This document shows positions 52,222-64,000 of a stretch of DNA of 64,000 nt, piece by piece. The stretch is from an uncultured beta proteobacterium (lineage in GTDB: Bacteria > Pseudomonadota > Gammaproteobacteria > Burkholderiales > Burkholderiaceae_F): positions 567,756 through 631,755 of the forward strand of contig CAWEQS010000026.1 of assembly GCA_963811265.1 (NCBI GenBank), written 5' to 3'. The first letter of the stretch is position 1, and each line of letters opens with the position of its first letter. The translations under genes were made by a program, and so were the position numbers. The notes beneath the pieces are model-generated. The model did not search any database. It was not told where the DNA came from and was given only the letters and a program-made list of their open reading frames with translations.

Positions 52222-52806
52222 ATGCTGGACAAGGACGGGTACCGCCCGAACGTCGGCATCATCCTGCTCAACGGTCGCAACGAGGTCTTCTGGGGTAAAC
52301 GGGTAAGACAGCATTCGTGGCAGTTCCCGCAGGGCGGGATCAAGTACGGCGAATCACCGGAGCAGGCGATGTTTCGCGAGCTCTGGGAAGAAGTCGGACT
52401 GAAGGCCGAGCACGTGAAGATCGTGGGTCGCACCCGCGAATGGCTGCGTTACGAAGTCCCGGAACAGTGGATCCGGCGCGAGCTGCGCGGGAACTACCGC
52501 GGTCAGAAACAGATCTGGTTTCTGCTGCGGCTGACTGGGCGCGACTGCGACGTCTGCCTGCGCGCGACCGCGCACCCCGAGTTCGACGCCTGGCGGTGGC
52601 ACGAGTACTGGGTGCCGCTCGAAACGGTGATCGAGTTCAAGCGCGATGTCTACCAGCAGGCGCTGCTCGAACTGTCGCGCTTCGTCTTCAAACCGGGGCG
52701 CCCGCACCACAAGGCGCCGCGTCCACGCGCCTCGCAGGAGGCCGACGTTCGCGCGGCCAGCGAAGCCATTGTGGCTGCGACCGATCCGCCCGGCGAGGCG
52801 GCCTGA
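52222..52806 (+). CDS. rppH: RNA pyrophosphohydrolase (Nudix)
   Basis: 194 aa. It starts [15 protein letters not shown] and has the Nudix box [23 protein letters not shown]. Confidence 0.93.
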   Translation: MLDKDGYRPNVGIILLNGRNEVFWGKRVRQHSWQFPQGGIKYGESPEQAMFRELWEEVGLKAEHVKIVGRTREWLRYEVPEQWIRRELRGNYRGQKQIWFLLRLTGRDCDVCLRATAHPEFDAWRWHEYWVPLETVIEFKRDVYQQALLELSRFVFKPGRPHHKAPRPRASQEADVRAASEAIVAATDPPGEAA

Positions 52807-52809
52807 CGG

Positions 52810-55044
<2,235 letters not shown>

Positions 55045-55068
55045 CACATGCGTTTCTGCCGCGAACGC

Positions 55069-55341
55069 TCAGGCGCTCTGCCCGGCCACCGGCTCGACGC
55101 TGACGACGCGGCGGTTCTGCGCGCCTTTGACGTCGAACTTGACCTTCCCGGCCACCAGCGAGAACAGCGTGTGGTCGCGGCCCATGCCGACGTTGTCACC
55201 GGCGTGAAACTGGGTGCCGCGCTGGCGGACGATGATCTGGCCCGGCTCGATGCCCTGGCCGCCGAAGATCTTCACGCCCAGTCGCTTCGACTGGGAGTCG
55301 CGGCCGTTGCGAGACGATCCGCCTGCTTTCTTGTGTGCCAT
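55069..55341 (-). CDS. rpmA: 50S ribosomal protein L27
   Basis: 90 aa, starting [24 protein letters not shown]. Confidence 0.97.
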   Translation of the reverse strand: MAHKKAGGSSRNGRDSQSKRLGVKIFGGQGIEPGQIIVRQRGTQFHAGDNVGMGRDHTLFSLVAGKVKFDVKGAQNRRVVSVEPVAGQSA

Positions 55342-55361
55342 GTTCTGCTCCTGCCCGCCGG

Positions 55362-55670
55362 TTACGCGATCGAGTCGATGCGCAGCTCGGTGAAGTTCTG
55401 ACGATGTCCCTGGTGCTTCTGGTAGTGCTTGCGCCGCTTCATCTTGAAGATCGTGACCTTGTCGCGGCGCCCGTGCCCAACGACCGTGGCGACGACCGCG
55501 GCACCTGCCACGAACGGCGACCCGACCTTGACGTCGTCACCGTTGCTGACGGCGAGCACTTCCGAAAGCGTGACCTGCTGGCCGACCTCGGCGGCGAGGG
55601 TTTCCACCTTGAGGGTGTCGCCAGGCGCAACGCGGTACTGCTTCCCGCCGGTTTTGATGACTGCATGCAT
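55362..55670 (-). CDS. rplU: 50S ribosomal protein L21
   Basis: 102 aa from the internal ATG at 55668-55670 ([14 protein letters not shown]...). Confidence 0.95.
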   Translation of the reverse strand: MHAVIKTGGKQYRVAPGDTLKVETLAAEVGQQVTLSEVLAVSNGDDVKVGSPFVAGAAVVATVVGHGRRDKVTIFKMKRRKHYQKHQGHRQNFTELRIDSIA

Positions 55671-56033
55671 GTCTGTTCTCCTGCCGGTCGACACCGCGCC
55701 CGATCCCGGAACGGCAGTTGTCGTCTTCGGCCCATGCCCGAACGACCAAGCGCGTCGGGCTCCAATCCGGGAGGCCAGCCTGAACCACCGACCGATCCCC
55801 AGCTTCCTCGCTGCACGCCACCATGGCGGAGCGCGGAAAGCCGAGCATTATCGCACCGGTCGCCGCGGCGCGTCAAACCTTGACCCGGCCTGCCCCAAAC
55901 CCGGGCGCCGCGGCCGTGGACGAGCACTCGCCCACCTATAATCGCGCCGATGTACTCCTCCACCTTCGGCCAGAACGTCGCCTCGTCGGCGGTTGCCGCG
56001 TCCCCGGCGCCTGCGGGAGGGGTCGAGGGGCGG

Positions 56034-57002
56034 ATGCCTGATCTCAAGAAGGTCCTGCAGCCGATCGCCGCGGACATGCGCGAAGTGGACGGGGTGATCC
56101 GCGCCCGCCTCGATTCCGACGTCGTCCTGATCAACACGGTGGCCGACTACATCATCGGGGCCGGCGGAAAGCGCCTTCGACCCGCCGTGCTGCTGCTCGT
56201 CGCGCGCGCCCTGGGATACGCAGGCAGCGCCCACGTGCTGCTCGCCGCCGTGATCGAATTCATACACACCGCCACCCTGTTGCACGACGATGTCGTCGAC
56301 GAATCCGACCTCCGTCGCGGGCGTTCGACCGCCAACTCCATGTTCGGCAATGCCGCGAGCGTGCTGGTCGGGGACTTCCTCTACTCCCGATCCTTCCAGA
56401 TGATGGTGGACGCGGGGAGCATGCGCGTGATGCGGATCCTGGCCGACGCCACGAACCGCATCGCAGAAGGGGAAGTGCTGCAGTTGCTCAACATCCACGA
56501 CCCGTCCGTAGACGAGGAGCGCTATTTCGGGGTGGTCGAGCGCAAGACGGCGACTCTGTTCGAGGCAGGCGCCCGGATCGCTGCGGTAATGGCCGGCGCC
56601 AGCCCGGAGCAGGAAGAGAAGTGCGCCCGCTACGGCGCCAGCCTCGGCCGGGCGTTCCAGATCACCGACGACGTGCTCGACTATTCGGGCCACGCCGAAG
56701 ACATCGGCAAGCGACTCGGCGACGATCTCCGGGAAGGGAAAGTCACCTTGCCGCTGATCCACGCCTTGCGCAGTGCCGCACCGGAGCAGCGGGAGCTCGT
56801 CGCGCGCGCGGTGCGCGACGGCAACGGCGATTTCGGCGCTATCGCCCGCATCGTGGCCGACAACGGTTCCCTGGCCTACTCCCTGAAGCTGGCGCAGCGC
56901 GAAGCCGATGAAGGGAGGCTGGCTGTCGAGTCGCTACCGCCCTCGGACTGCAGGGATTCTTTGATACACTTGCTCGCTTTCGCAGTCGACCGCGACCGGT
57001 AG
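56034..57002 (+). CDS. ispB: octaprenyl diphosphate synthase (polyprenyl synthetase family)
   Basis: 322 aa from the ATG at 56034 (MPDLKKVLQPI...). It has the DDxxD motifs LLHDDVVDE and FQITDDVLD and is divergent from rplU, as is typical. Confidence 0.9.
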   Translation: MPDLKKVLQPIAADMREVDGVIRARLDSDVVLINTVADYIIGAGGKRLRPAVLLLVARALGYAGSAHVLLAAVIEFIHTATLLHDDVVDESDLRRGRSTANSMFGNAASVLVGDFLYSRSFQMMVDAGSMRVMRILADATNRIAEGEVLQLLNIHDPSVDEERYFGVVERKTATLFEAGARIAAVMAGASPEQEEKCARYGASLGRAFQITDDVLDYSGHAEDIGKRLGDDLREGKVTLPLIHALRSAAPEQRELVARAVRDGNGDFGAIARIVADNGSLAYSLKLAQREADEGRLAVESLPPSDCRDSLIHLLAFAVDRDR

Positions 57003-57036
57003 TTCACGGAGCAGTGGGTCGGTCGAACGACGCGAT

Positions 57037-57113
57037 CGGGGTGTAGCTCAGCCTGGTAGAGTACTGCGTTCGGGACGCAGGAGTCGGAGGTTCAAATCCT
57101 CTCACCCCGACCA
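57037..57113 (+). tRNA. tRNA-Pro (anticodon CGG)
   Basis: I folded it by hand. The acceptor stem is CGGGGTG/CACCCCG, the D arm GCTC..GAGT, and the anticodon stem CTGCG/CGCAG with loop TTCGGGA. The T arm is GGAGG-TTCAAAT-CCTCT and the CCA end is encoded. Confidence 0.93.
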
Positions 57114-57161
57114 ATCCCTCCAACGTCCGTTTCAGCACCGCGTTAAGCCCGAGGCCGGCGC

Positions 57162-58445
57162 GTGGAAGATTTACCGCTCTGGGTTGAACTCACGGCCCTC
57201 GGCGTCCTTCTCCTGATCTCGGCGCTGTTCTCGATTTCAGAGACGTCGATGATGGCGCTCAGCCGTCTTCGGCTGCGCCACCTGGTTCGACAGGGGAACC
57301 GCGCCGCCAGGCGCGTGCAGTCGCTCCTGTCGAGAACGGACCGCCTCCTCGGCACCATCCTGCTCGGCAACAACCTCGTGAACGCGGCCGCGACGGCCCT
57401 GGTCACGGCAATGGCCATTCGGCTGGTCGGAGACAACGAATGGGCCCTGGTCGCCGCGACCGGCGTCATCACCTTCCTGATCCTGGTCTTCTCCGAGATC
57501 ACCCCAAAGGTGATCGGAGCGACGTTTCCCGAGCGGATCGCACTGCCGCTGTCGTATCCGCTCACCGGGTTCCTCCGCCTTTTCCAGCCCGTCGTATGGT
57601 TCGTCAATCTCTTCGTCAAGGCGATGCTCTGGGCGATGAGGATCCCCAGCGCGCCGAGCGGGGAAAGCACGCGCCTGACTTCCGAGGAACTGCGCACCCT
57701 CGTCCTCGAGGGCGGCAACTTCATTCCCGGCAAGCATCGCAGCATCCTGCTGAACCTCTTCGACCTCGAGGAGCTGTCCGTCGACGACGTGATGATGCCG
57801 CGCGCACGCATCGAGTCGCTCGACATCGAGCAGCCGGCGGACGCCGTGCTCGAGCAGCTGCGCACCTGCTACCACAACAAGATTCCGGTCCACGAGGGGG
57901 ACATCAACCGCACCGTCGGCGTACTGCACGTGCGCAAGCTGATGCACCTGCTCGCCGGCGAGGACTTCACCGTCGCCTCGGTGCGCGGCGCACTGGTGCC
58001 GACGTACTTCATCCCGAGCGGCACGCCGCTGTTCCAGCAGTTGCAGCATTTCCAGGACAACAAGCAGCGCCTCGGTCTCGTCGTCGACGAGTACGGTGAA
58101 GTGCAGGGGCTGGTGACGCTCGAGGACATCATCGAGGAGATCGTCGGCGAGTTCGCGACCAACGCGCCAGGCACGGGATCGCGCCGCCTGCGCTGGACCG
58201 CCGAAGGACAGGCGCTGGTGGACGGGACTGCGATGCTGCGGGACCTCAACCGTCGCCTCGGGCTCGCGTTCCCCCTGGACGGCCCGAAGACGCTCAACGG
58301 ACTGCTGGTGGAGAGCCTTCAGGAGATCCCCGATGCTCCCTGTTGCGTGCGCTTTCCCGGCGTCGTCGTCGAGGTCGTGCAGGTGGACGAGCAGGCGATC
58401 CGGAGCGCACGGCTGATCCGCCGACCCATCGCGACGGCCGGATGA
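57162..58445 (+). CDS. HlyC/CorC family transporter (DUF21 + CBS pair + CorC_HlyC domains)
   Basis: 427 aa with a GTG start. Motifs include FSISETSMMALSR, GNNLVN, MMPRARI and VVDEYGEVQGLVTLEDIIEEIVGE. Confidence 0.88.
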   Translation: MEDLPLWVELTALGVLLLISALFSISETSMMALSRLRLRHLVRQGNRAARRVQSLLSRTDRLLGTILLGNNLVNAAATALVTAMAIRLVGDNEWALVAATGVITFLILVFSEITPKVIGATFPERIALPLSYPLTGFLRLFQPVVWFVNLFVKAMLWAMRIPSAPSGESTRLTSEELRTLVLEGGNFIPGKHRSILLNLFDLEELSVDDVMMPRARIESLDIEQPADAVLEQLRTCYHNKIPVHEGDINRTVGVLHVRKLMHLLAGEDFTVASVRGALVPTYFIPSGTPLFQQLQHFQDNKQRLGLVVDEYGEVQGLVTLEDIIEEIVGEFATNAPGTGSRRLRWTAEGQALVDGTAMLRDLNRRLGLAFPLDGPKTLNGLLVESLQEIPDAPCCVRFPGVVVEVVQVDEQAIRSARLIRRPIATAG

Positions 58446-58621
58446 CGTGCCTGCTCCGCGCGGTGCACGTCCCTCGATCAGCTTGCCTTCAATGCGGTAG
58501 TTAAGGTTTACAAATCCGGGGGTTATCTGCACTATCTTTCGCCTTCTCTAGGGTGGTGCGACCGCTATAAATTGGCCGTTCGCAAGACCGATCGACACCC
58601 CGAAGAAAGTTCCGATATCCG

Positions 58622-60361
58622 ATGTCTGCCGTCATCCAAGGTCCTGCCGCTGCAGGAACGCTGACCGGGCTTGCGCGCGCGCTGGTGCAGCAGGGCAAGC
58701 TGCGGCCGGATCGCGCGGAGAACTTCGCCCGCAAGGCGCTGCAATCGAACACGCAGTTCATCGACGAGCTGATCGGCTCGACGGAAGTCACCGGCCTGAA
58801 CCCGGCCGCCGTCGCGAAGTTCGCGGCAGACACGTTCGGCCATCCGCTGCTCGACCTCGCTGCCGTCGATCACGAACAGCTGCCGCGGGACATCATCGAC
58901 CGGAAACTCGTCGGCTCGCTGCGCGTCGTCGCGTTGCGCAAGCGCGGCAACCGGCTCGCGGTCGCGATGTCCGACCCGACGAACCTGCAGGCGCTGGACC
59001 AGATCAAGTTCCAGACCCAGCTCGCGCTCGACATCGTCGTCGTCGAGCACGACAAGCTGATGAGGCTGGTCGACGCCAACGCCCAGACCGCGGCGCAGGC
59101 GCTCGAGAGCATGGTCGGCGGCGACGACGTGACCTTCGACGAGCTTCTCGGCGAATCGCCGGAGGCGGCAACGGCCGAAGACACATCGGAAGTCGACGAC
59201 GCCCCTGTCGTCCGTTTCCTGCAGAAGCTGCTGCTCGATGCGATCGGCGAAGGCGCCTCCGACCTGCACTTCGAACCGTACGAGAAGTTCTACCGGATCC
59301 GGTTCCGGATCGACGGCGTCCTGCGCGAGATCGCGCAGCCGCCGCTGGCGATCAAGGAGCGACTGTCGACGCGCATCAAGGTCATCTCGAGGCTCGACAT
59401 CTCGGAGAAGCGCGTGCCTCAGGACGGGCGGATGAAGCTCGCCCTGTCCGGCACGCGCGCGATCGACTTCCGCGTCAGCACGCTGCCCACGATGTTCGGC
59501 GAGAAGATCGTGATGCGCATTCTCGATCCGTCGCAGGCCAAGATGGGGATCGACGCGCTGGGCTACGAGCCGGACCAGAGGGAGGCGCTGCTGGATGCCG
59601 TCCGGCGGCCTTACGGGATGGTCCTGGTGACCGGCCCGACCGGTTCCGGAAAGACCGTGTCGCTCTACAGCTGCCTGAACATCCTCAACGAGCCCGGCGT
59701 GAACATTTCGACGGCCGAGGACCCGGCCGAGATCCAGATCGCGGGCATCAACCAGGTCAACGTGAACGAGAAGGCGGGGCTCACCTTCGCCAACTCGCTG
59801 CGGGCCTTCCTGCGCCAGGATCCGGACATCATCATGGTCGGCGAGATCCGCGACCTCGAAACCGCGGACATCGCGATCAAGGCAGCGCAGACCGGTCACA
59901 TGGTCCTGTCGACGCTGCACACGAACGACGCGCCCTCGACGCTCGTGCGACTCGACAACATGGGAGTGGCGCCCTTCAACATCGCGTCGAGCGTCATCCT
60001 GATCACAGCCCAGCGTCTTGCGCGGCGGCTCTGCACCTGCAAGCAGCCCGCCGAGCTTTCCACGGAGGCGCTGCTGGCCGCCGGGTTCTCGGAACCGGAC
60101 CTCGACGGCAGCTGGGTCCCGTACAAGGCGGTCGGTTGCGAGCGCTGCAAGGGCAGCGGCTACAAGGGTCGCGTCGGCATCTACCAGGTCATGCCGATCA
60201 CCGAGACGATGCAGGACATGATCCTCAAGCATGCAACCGCGCTCGACATCGGGCGCGAGGCTCAGCGAATCGGAGTGCGCGACCTGCGGCAGTCCGGACT
60301 GCTGAAGGTGAAGCAGGGCATGACCTCCCTCGAAGAGGTCCTGGGCTGCACCAACGAATAG
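58622..60361 (+). CDS. pilB: type IV pilus assembly ATPase
   Basis: 579 aa. It has an N-terminal GSPII-like domain, Walker A VTGPTGSGKT, the Asp/His boxes and the tetracysteine CxxC...CxxC motif. Confidence 0.92.
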   Translation: MSAVIQGPAAAGTLTGLARALVQQGKLRPDRAENFARKALQSNTQFIDELIGSTEVTGLNPAAVAKFAADTFGHPLLDLAAVDHEQLPRDIIDRKLVGSLRVVALRKRGNRLAVAMSDPTNLQALDQIKFQTQLALDIVVVEHDKLMRLVDANAQTAAQALESMVGGDDVTFDELLGESPEAATAEDTSEVDDAPVVRFLQKLLLDAIGEGASDLHFEPYEKFYRIRFRIDGVLREIAQPPLAIKERLSTRIKVISRLDISEKRVPQDGRMKLALSGTRAIDFRVSTLPTMFGEKIVMRILDPSQAKMGIDALGYEPDQREALLDAVRRPYGMVLVTGPTGSGKTVSLYSCLNILNEPGVNISTAEDPAEIQIAGINQVNVNEKAGLTFANSLRAFLRQDPDIIMVGEIRDLETADIAIKAAQTGHMVLSTLHTNDAPSTLVRLDNMGVAPFNIASSVILITAQRLARRLCTCKQPAELSTEALLAAGFSEPDLDGSWVPYKAVGCERCKGSGYKGRVGIYQVMPITETMQDMILKHATALDIGREAQRIGVRDLRQSGLLKVKQGMTSLEEVLGCTNE

Positions 60362-60380
60362 GACGGACGGCGGAGCGACG

Positions 60381-61610
60381 ATGGCGACAGGAGCAATTGC
60401 CAGACCACGCGTGGAGACCAAGGAAGCGGTCTTCAAGTGGGAAGGCCGCGACAAGAACGGACGCGTGGTCAAGGGCGAGATGCGCGCGGGCGGCGATTCC
60501 GTGGTGGCGGCGGCGCTGCGGCGACGCGGCATCATGGCCACGAAGATCAAGAAGCTGAGCTTCACGCGCGGCCGCAAGATCACCGGGAAGGACCTCGCGC
60601 TCTTCACGCGGCAGTTGTCGACGATGCTGAAGGCGGGCGTGCCCCTGATGCAGTCGTTCGACATCGTCGGCCGCGGCCACGCCAATCCTTCGATGGCGCG
60701 GCTGATGAACGACATTCGCGCGGACGTCGAGACCGGAACGAGCCTGAACCAGGCGTTCCGCAAGTACCCGCTGTACTTCGATCCGCTGTTCTGCAACCTG
60801 GTCGCCGCCGGGGAGCAGGCGGGCATCCTGGAGACCCTGCTCGATCGCCTGGCGATGTACCAGGAGAAGACGATCGCCCTGAAGGGAAAGATCAAGAAGG
60901 CGCTCTTCTACCCGGTGATGATCATCCTGGTCGCCGTCCTGGTCACCGCGGTGATCATGATCTTCGTGATCCCGTCGTTCAAGAGCGTGTTCACCAGCTT
61001 CGGCGCCGACTTGCCGGCGCCGACACTGGTCGTGATCGCGATGTCCGACTTCTTCGTGGCGTACTGGTACATCGTGTTCGGCGTGCTGTTCGGCGGCATC
61101 TACTTCCTGATCCAGGCCTGGAAGCGATCCCCGAAGATCCAGGCGACGATCGACCGGCTCGCGCTGAAACTGCCGGTCCTCGGCGAAATGCTGCAGAAGG
61201 CCGCGATCGCCCGCTGGAGCCGCACGCTCGCGACCACCTTCGCGGCCGGCGTGCCGCTGGTCGAGGCGCTCGACTCGGTCGGCCCCTCGTCCGGCAACGC
61301 GGTGTACAAGGAAGCGACGAAGCAGGTGCAGACCGAGGTGAACGTCGGCTCGAGCCTCGCGCAGTCCATGCAGAACACGGGCGTGTTCCCCAACATGGCG
61401 ATCCAGATGACGCAGATCGGCGAGGAGTCGGGCTCGCTGGACTCGATGCTGTCGAAGGTGGCCGACTACTACGAGCGCGAGGTCGACGAGACCGTGGACG
61501 CGCTGTCGAGCATGCTGGAACCGATGATCATGGTGATCCTGGGCGTGCTCATCGGGGGTATCGTCGTCGCCATCTACATGCCGATCTTCAAGCTCGGCCA
61601 GGTCGTATAA
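60381..61610 (+). CDS. pilC: type IV pilus inner-membrane platform protein (GspF family)
   Basis: 409 aa with two GspF repeats (FTRQLSTMLKAGVPL / WSRTLATTFAAGVPL). Confidence 0.92.
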   Translation: MATGAIARPRVETKEAVFKWEGRDKNGRVVKGEMRAGGDSVVAAALRRRGIMATKIKKLSFTRGRKITGKDLALFTRQLSTMLKAGVPLMQSFDIVGRGHANPSMARLMNDIRADVETGTSLNQAFRKYPLYFDPLFCNLVAAGEQAGILETLLDRLAMYQEKTIALKGKIKKALFYPVMIILVAVLVTAVIMIFVIPSFKSVFTSFGADLPAPTLVVIAMSDFFVAYWYIVFGVLFGGIYFLIQAWKRSPKIQATIDRLALKLPVLGEMLQKAAIARWSRTLATTFAAGVPLVEALDSVGPSSGNAVYKEATKQVQTEVNVGSSLAQSMQNTGVFPNMAIQMTQIGEESGSLDSMLSKVADYYEREVDETVDALSSMLEPMIMVILGVLIGGIVVAIYMPIFKLGQVV

Positions 61611-61624
61611 CGTCACTCGGGGAC

Positions 61625-61649
61625 GCCGGTGCCGCTCAGCGGCACCGGC
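61625..61649 (+). other. perfect 11-bp GC-rich hairpin between pilC and pilD
   Basis: GCCGGTGCCGC-tca-GCGGCACCGGC, 15 nt after the pilC stop. Only a weak T tract (cttt) follows it. Confidence 0.5.
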
Positions 61650-61675
61650 GACTTTCACCTTGTCGGAATCTGCTC

Positions 61676-62497
61676 TTGCTCGTCGTGGTCGCCGTCTTCG
61701 GACTGGCGATCGGCTCGTTCCTGAACGTCGTGATCCATCGCCTGCCGAGGATGATGGAGAACGAGTGGAAGGAGCAGTGCGCCGAGCTCGCCGGCGCCGA
61801 GCCCGTGCCGGCCGGCCCGCGATACAACCTGGTCGTTCCCGGCTCCCACTGCCCCCATTGCCGGACGCCACTGCGCGTCATCGACAACATCCCGCTCGTG
61901 TCGTGGGTCGCGCTGAGGGGCAAGTGCGGCCACTGCGGAACGCGGATCTCGGCGCGCTACCCGATCGTCGAGGCGCTGACGGCCGCACTGTCCGCTCTGG
62001 TCGCCTACCGGTTCGGATTCACGCCCGCGATGCTGCTGGCGCTGGCGTTCACCTGGACGCTGGTGGCGCTCACCTTCATCGACGCTGACACGACGCTGCT
62101 GCCCGACGACCTGACGCTGCCGCTGCTGTGGCTGGGCCTCGCCAGCAACGTGTTCGGCACGTTCGTCCCGCTGCAGGACGCCGTCATCGGAGCCATGGCC
62201 GGCTACCTCGCGCTGTGGTCCATCTACTGGCTGTTCAAGCTCGCCACCGGCAAGGAAGGCATGGGCTACGGCGACTTCAAGCTGCTGGCGGCCCTCGGCG
62301 CGTGGATGGGCTGGAAGGCGTTGCTGCCGATCGTGCTGCTGTCGTCCCTCGTCGGCGCAATCGTGGGCATCGTGCTGATCGTGCTGGCGAGGCGAGGCCG
62401 GGAGATCCCGATTCCGTTCGGTCCCTACCTCGCCGCGGCCGGATTGATCGTTCTGCTCACGGGCGACACCTTCACCCGCTGGCTGGTCCCGCTTTGA
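61676..62497 (+). CDS. pilD: prepilin peptidase / N-methyltransferase (A24 family)
   Basis: GLAIGSFLNVVIHRLP, CPHC...CGHC, GMGYGDFKLLAALGAW and IPFGPYLA. No in-frame ATG exists. TTG at 61676 or GTG at 61685 are the only starts after the hairpin, so the N-terminus is uncertain or short. Confidence 0.85.
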   Translation: MLVVVAVFGLAIGSFLNVVIHRLPRMMENEWKEQCAELAGAEPVPAGPRYNLVVPGSHCPHCRTPLRVIDNIPLVSWVALRGKCGHCGTRISARYPIVEALTAALSALVAYRFGFTPAMLLALAFTWTLVALTFIDADTTLLPDDLTLPLLWLGLASNVFGTFVPLQDAVIGAMAGYLALWSIYWLFKLATGKEGMGYGDFKLLAALGAWMGWKALLPIVLLSSLVGAIVGIVLIVLARRGREIPIPFGPYLAAAGLIVLLTGDTFTRWLVPL

Positions 62498-63132
62498 AGC
62501 GCGCCACTTTCAGCGTCGGCCTGACCGGCGGCGTCGGAAGCGGGAAGAGCACGGTTGGCGGCATGCTGGGGCGCCGCGGCGCGGCGATCGTGGACGCCGA
62601 CGCCATCGCACACGAACTCACGCAGGCAGGCGGTGCGGCCATCGACGCTCTCCGGACTGCCTTCGGAGAGGCCGCGATCGCTGCCGATGGGTCCCTGGAC
62701 CGTTCGTGGATGCGCGCACGCGCATTCGCGGACCCTGGCGCCCGGGCACGACTGGAGGCCATCCTCCACCCGTTGATACGGGCGGCGTCGAACCGCCGAG
62801 CCGAGGAACTCACTGCAGCCGGCAGCCCGTACGTCGTCTTCGTGATTCCCTTGCTCGTGGAGTCCGGCGATGCCCGCGGCCGGTTCGACCGGATTCTCGT
62901 GGTCGACTGCTCGGAAGCGACCCAGGTCGCCCGTGTCAGCCTGCGCCCCGGCATCGATGCGAAAGTCGCCCGCGCCATTCTCGCCGCGCAGGCGACGCGG
63001 GCCCGGCGACTCGAGGCCGCGGACGATGTCCTCTTCAACGAGGCGCCGCTCGACGAGATCGACGCCCGGGTCGACCGGCTCCATCAGCGCTACCTGCAAC
63101 TCGCCGCAGCGTCGTCGAGCGCAGGCGTGTGA
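62494..63132 (+). CDS. coaE: dephospho-CoA kinase
   Basis: 212 aa from the TTG at 62494, which overlaps the pilD stop. It has the P-loop VGLTGGVGSGKST and follows the conserved pilD-coaE order. Confidence 0.88.
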   Translation: MKRATFSVGLTGGVGSGKSTVGGMLGRRGAAIVDADAIAHELTQAGGAAIDALRTAFGEAAIAADGSLDRSWMRARAFADPGARARLEAILHPLIRAASNRRAEELTAAGSPYVVFVIPLLVESGDARGRFDRILVVDCSEATQVARVSLRPGIDAKVARAILAAQATRARRLEAADDVLFNEAPLDEIDARVDRLHQRYLQLAAASSSAGV

Positions 63133-63165
63133 TATCGTCGCGCCACTCTCCAGCACGCTCCACAC

Positions 63166-63936
63166 ATGGCCAACGACGGTCAGGTCCTGTACGAGTATCC
63201 GTTCAGCGAACGAATCCGGACTCTGCTGCGCCTCGAGGACCTGTTCGACAAGCTGCTCTACTTCTGCGAGCAGCAACACTCGTACTGTCATCACACGGCG
63301 CTGCTGACGCTGTTCGAGATCCTCGAAGTCACTTCCCGCGCGGACCTGAAGTCGGATCTGCTGCAGGAACTCGAGCGCCATCGGCAAACGCTGCAGGCAC
63401 TGCGCAACAATCCGCAGGTCTCCGAGGCTGCGCTGTCCTCGGTGCTCGGCGAGATCGAGCACGCACAGCAGCACCTGAACGCGACCACCGGCAAGGCGGG
63501 GCAGCACATCCGCGACAACGAGTGGCTGATGAGCATCCGCAGCCGGGCGAACATTCCCGGCGGGACCTGCGAGTTCGACCTGCCGTCGTATCACGCGTGG
63601 CTTACCCGGGACGCCGAGAGTCGCTCCCGCGACCTGCAGGCCTGGGTCCAGCCGATGATGCAGTTCCACTCGGCGCTCGCGATCGTCCTGAAGCTGCTCA
63701 GGGAGACCGCGCACCGGAGCCAGCAGGTCGCCGCGCAGGGCGCGTTCCAGCAGATGCTCCAGGGCCGCACCTACGCGCTGCTGCAGGTTCGGATCGACGG
63801 CGAGTTGAACGCGATTCCGGAAATCAGCGCCAACAAGTACATGCTCTGGATCCGCTTCACCACGCAGGACCGCGACCTGAAGCCGCGCTCCTTCGACCGC
63901 GACGTCCCATTCGAACTCTCGCTCTGCGCCTTCTAG
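63166..63936 (+). CDS. zapD: cell division protein ZapD
   Basis: 256 aa. [16 protein letters not shown] is typical of the ZapD/YacF N-terminus. It follows coaE as in many proteobacteria. Confidence 0.9.
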   Translation: MANDGQVLYEYPFSERIRTLLRLEDLFDKLLYFCEQQHSYCHHTALLTLFEILEVTSRADLKSDLLQELERHRQTLQALRNNPQVSEAALSSVLGEIEHAQQHLNATTGKAGQHIRDNEWLMSIRSRANIPGGTCEFDLPSYHAWLTRDAESRSRDLQAWVQPMMQFHSALAIVLKLLRETAHRSQQVAAQGAFQQMLQGRTYALLQVRIDGELNAIPEISANKYMLWIRFTTQDRDLKPRSFDRDVPFELSLCAF

Positions 63937-63952
63937 GTTCCCGCCCGACCCG

Positions 63953-64000
63953 ATGCCTCCGGTGGTGAAGTGCCCGACCTGCGGCCAGCCGGTCGAATGG
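63953..64000 (+). CDS. yacG: DNA gyrase inhibitor YacG (zinc finger), 5' fragment truncated by the window edge
   Basis: My own translation gives MPPVVKCPTCGQPVEW. The CxxC zinc-finger start is in the expected position after zapD. Confidence 0.7.
   Translation, partial: MPPVVKCPTCGQPVEW

Noticed and set aside
57037-57161. tRNA-Pro as a genomic-island integration site
   Set aside because: Both flanks are housekeeping genes (ispB and corC-like). There is no integrase and no direct repeat of the tRNA 3' end in the window.
58446-58621. Sigma-54 promoter upstream of pilB (TGGCCG...)
   Set aside because: The GG-N10-GC spacing is not satisfied, so there is no convincing -24/-12 element.
58565-60895. 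776-aa minus-strand ORF
   Set aside because: It is antisense to pilB and pilC and shows no recognisable domain.

Overview
This is a GC-rich chromosomal core segment. Gene order points to a betaproteobacterium: tkt-gap-pgk-pyk, aroQ-accBC-prmA, nrdAB, rplU-rpmA-obg-proB, and pilBCD-coaE-zapD-yacG. I cannot place it more precisely from sequence alone. I support about 62 protein genes, one tRNA-Pro(CGG), tandem NrdR boxes upstream of nrdA, several hairpin terminators and two speculative sRNA candidates. I saw no rRNA, CRISPR array, transposase, integrase or prophage.

Most long ORFs in the six-frame track are Arg/Ala/Gly/Pro-rich off-frame or antisense artefacts of the high GC content. I rejected them.

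I did not find convincing evidence for a wholly new multi-gene system. The observations most worth a second look are:
1. A rhombosortase and a GlyGly-CTERM subtilase sit as a two-gene cassette between gap and pgk. Their 3' ends overlap by 51 nt.
2. A speD-like ORF has no in-frame stop and abuts speE. This is probably a fused bifunctional gene broken by a 1-nt indel.
3. A secreted barnase/RNase Sa-like gene and its barstar gene lie directly behind maeB. The RNase signal peptide is out of frame with an otherwise intact catalytic domain.
4. Six conserved genes each carry a break of the same sign, a net +1 frame shift. That points to a systematic indel error in the assembly, or to very recent decay.
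5. Two tandem histone-H1-like Lys/Ala-repeat genes lie next to a promoter-to-terminator unit with no ORF.
6. The maeB/aminotransferase intergenic region has a structured element with a CU-rich loop.
7. The ypjD-PP0621-pilS-pilR module has translationally coupled junctions.

All family calls come from reading motifs by eye. No database search was run.
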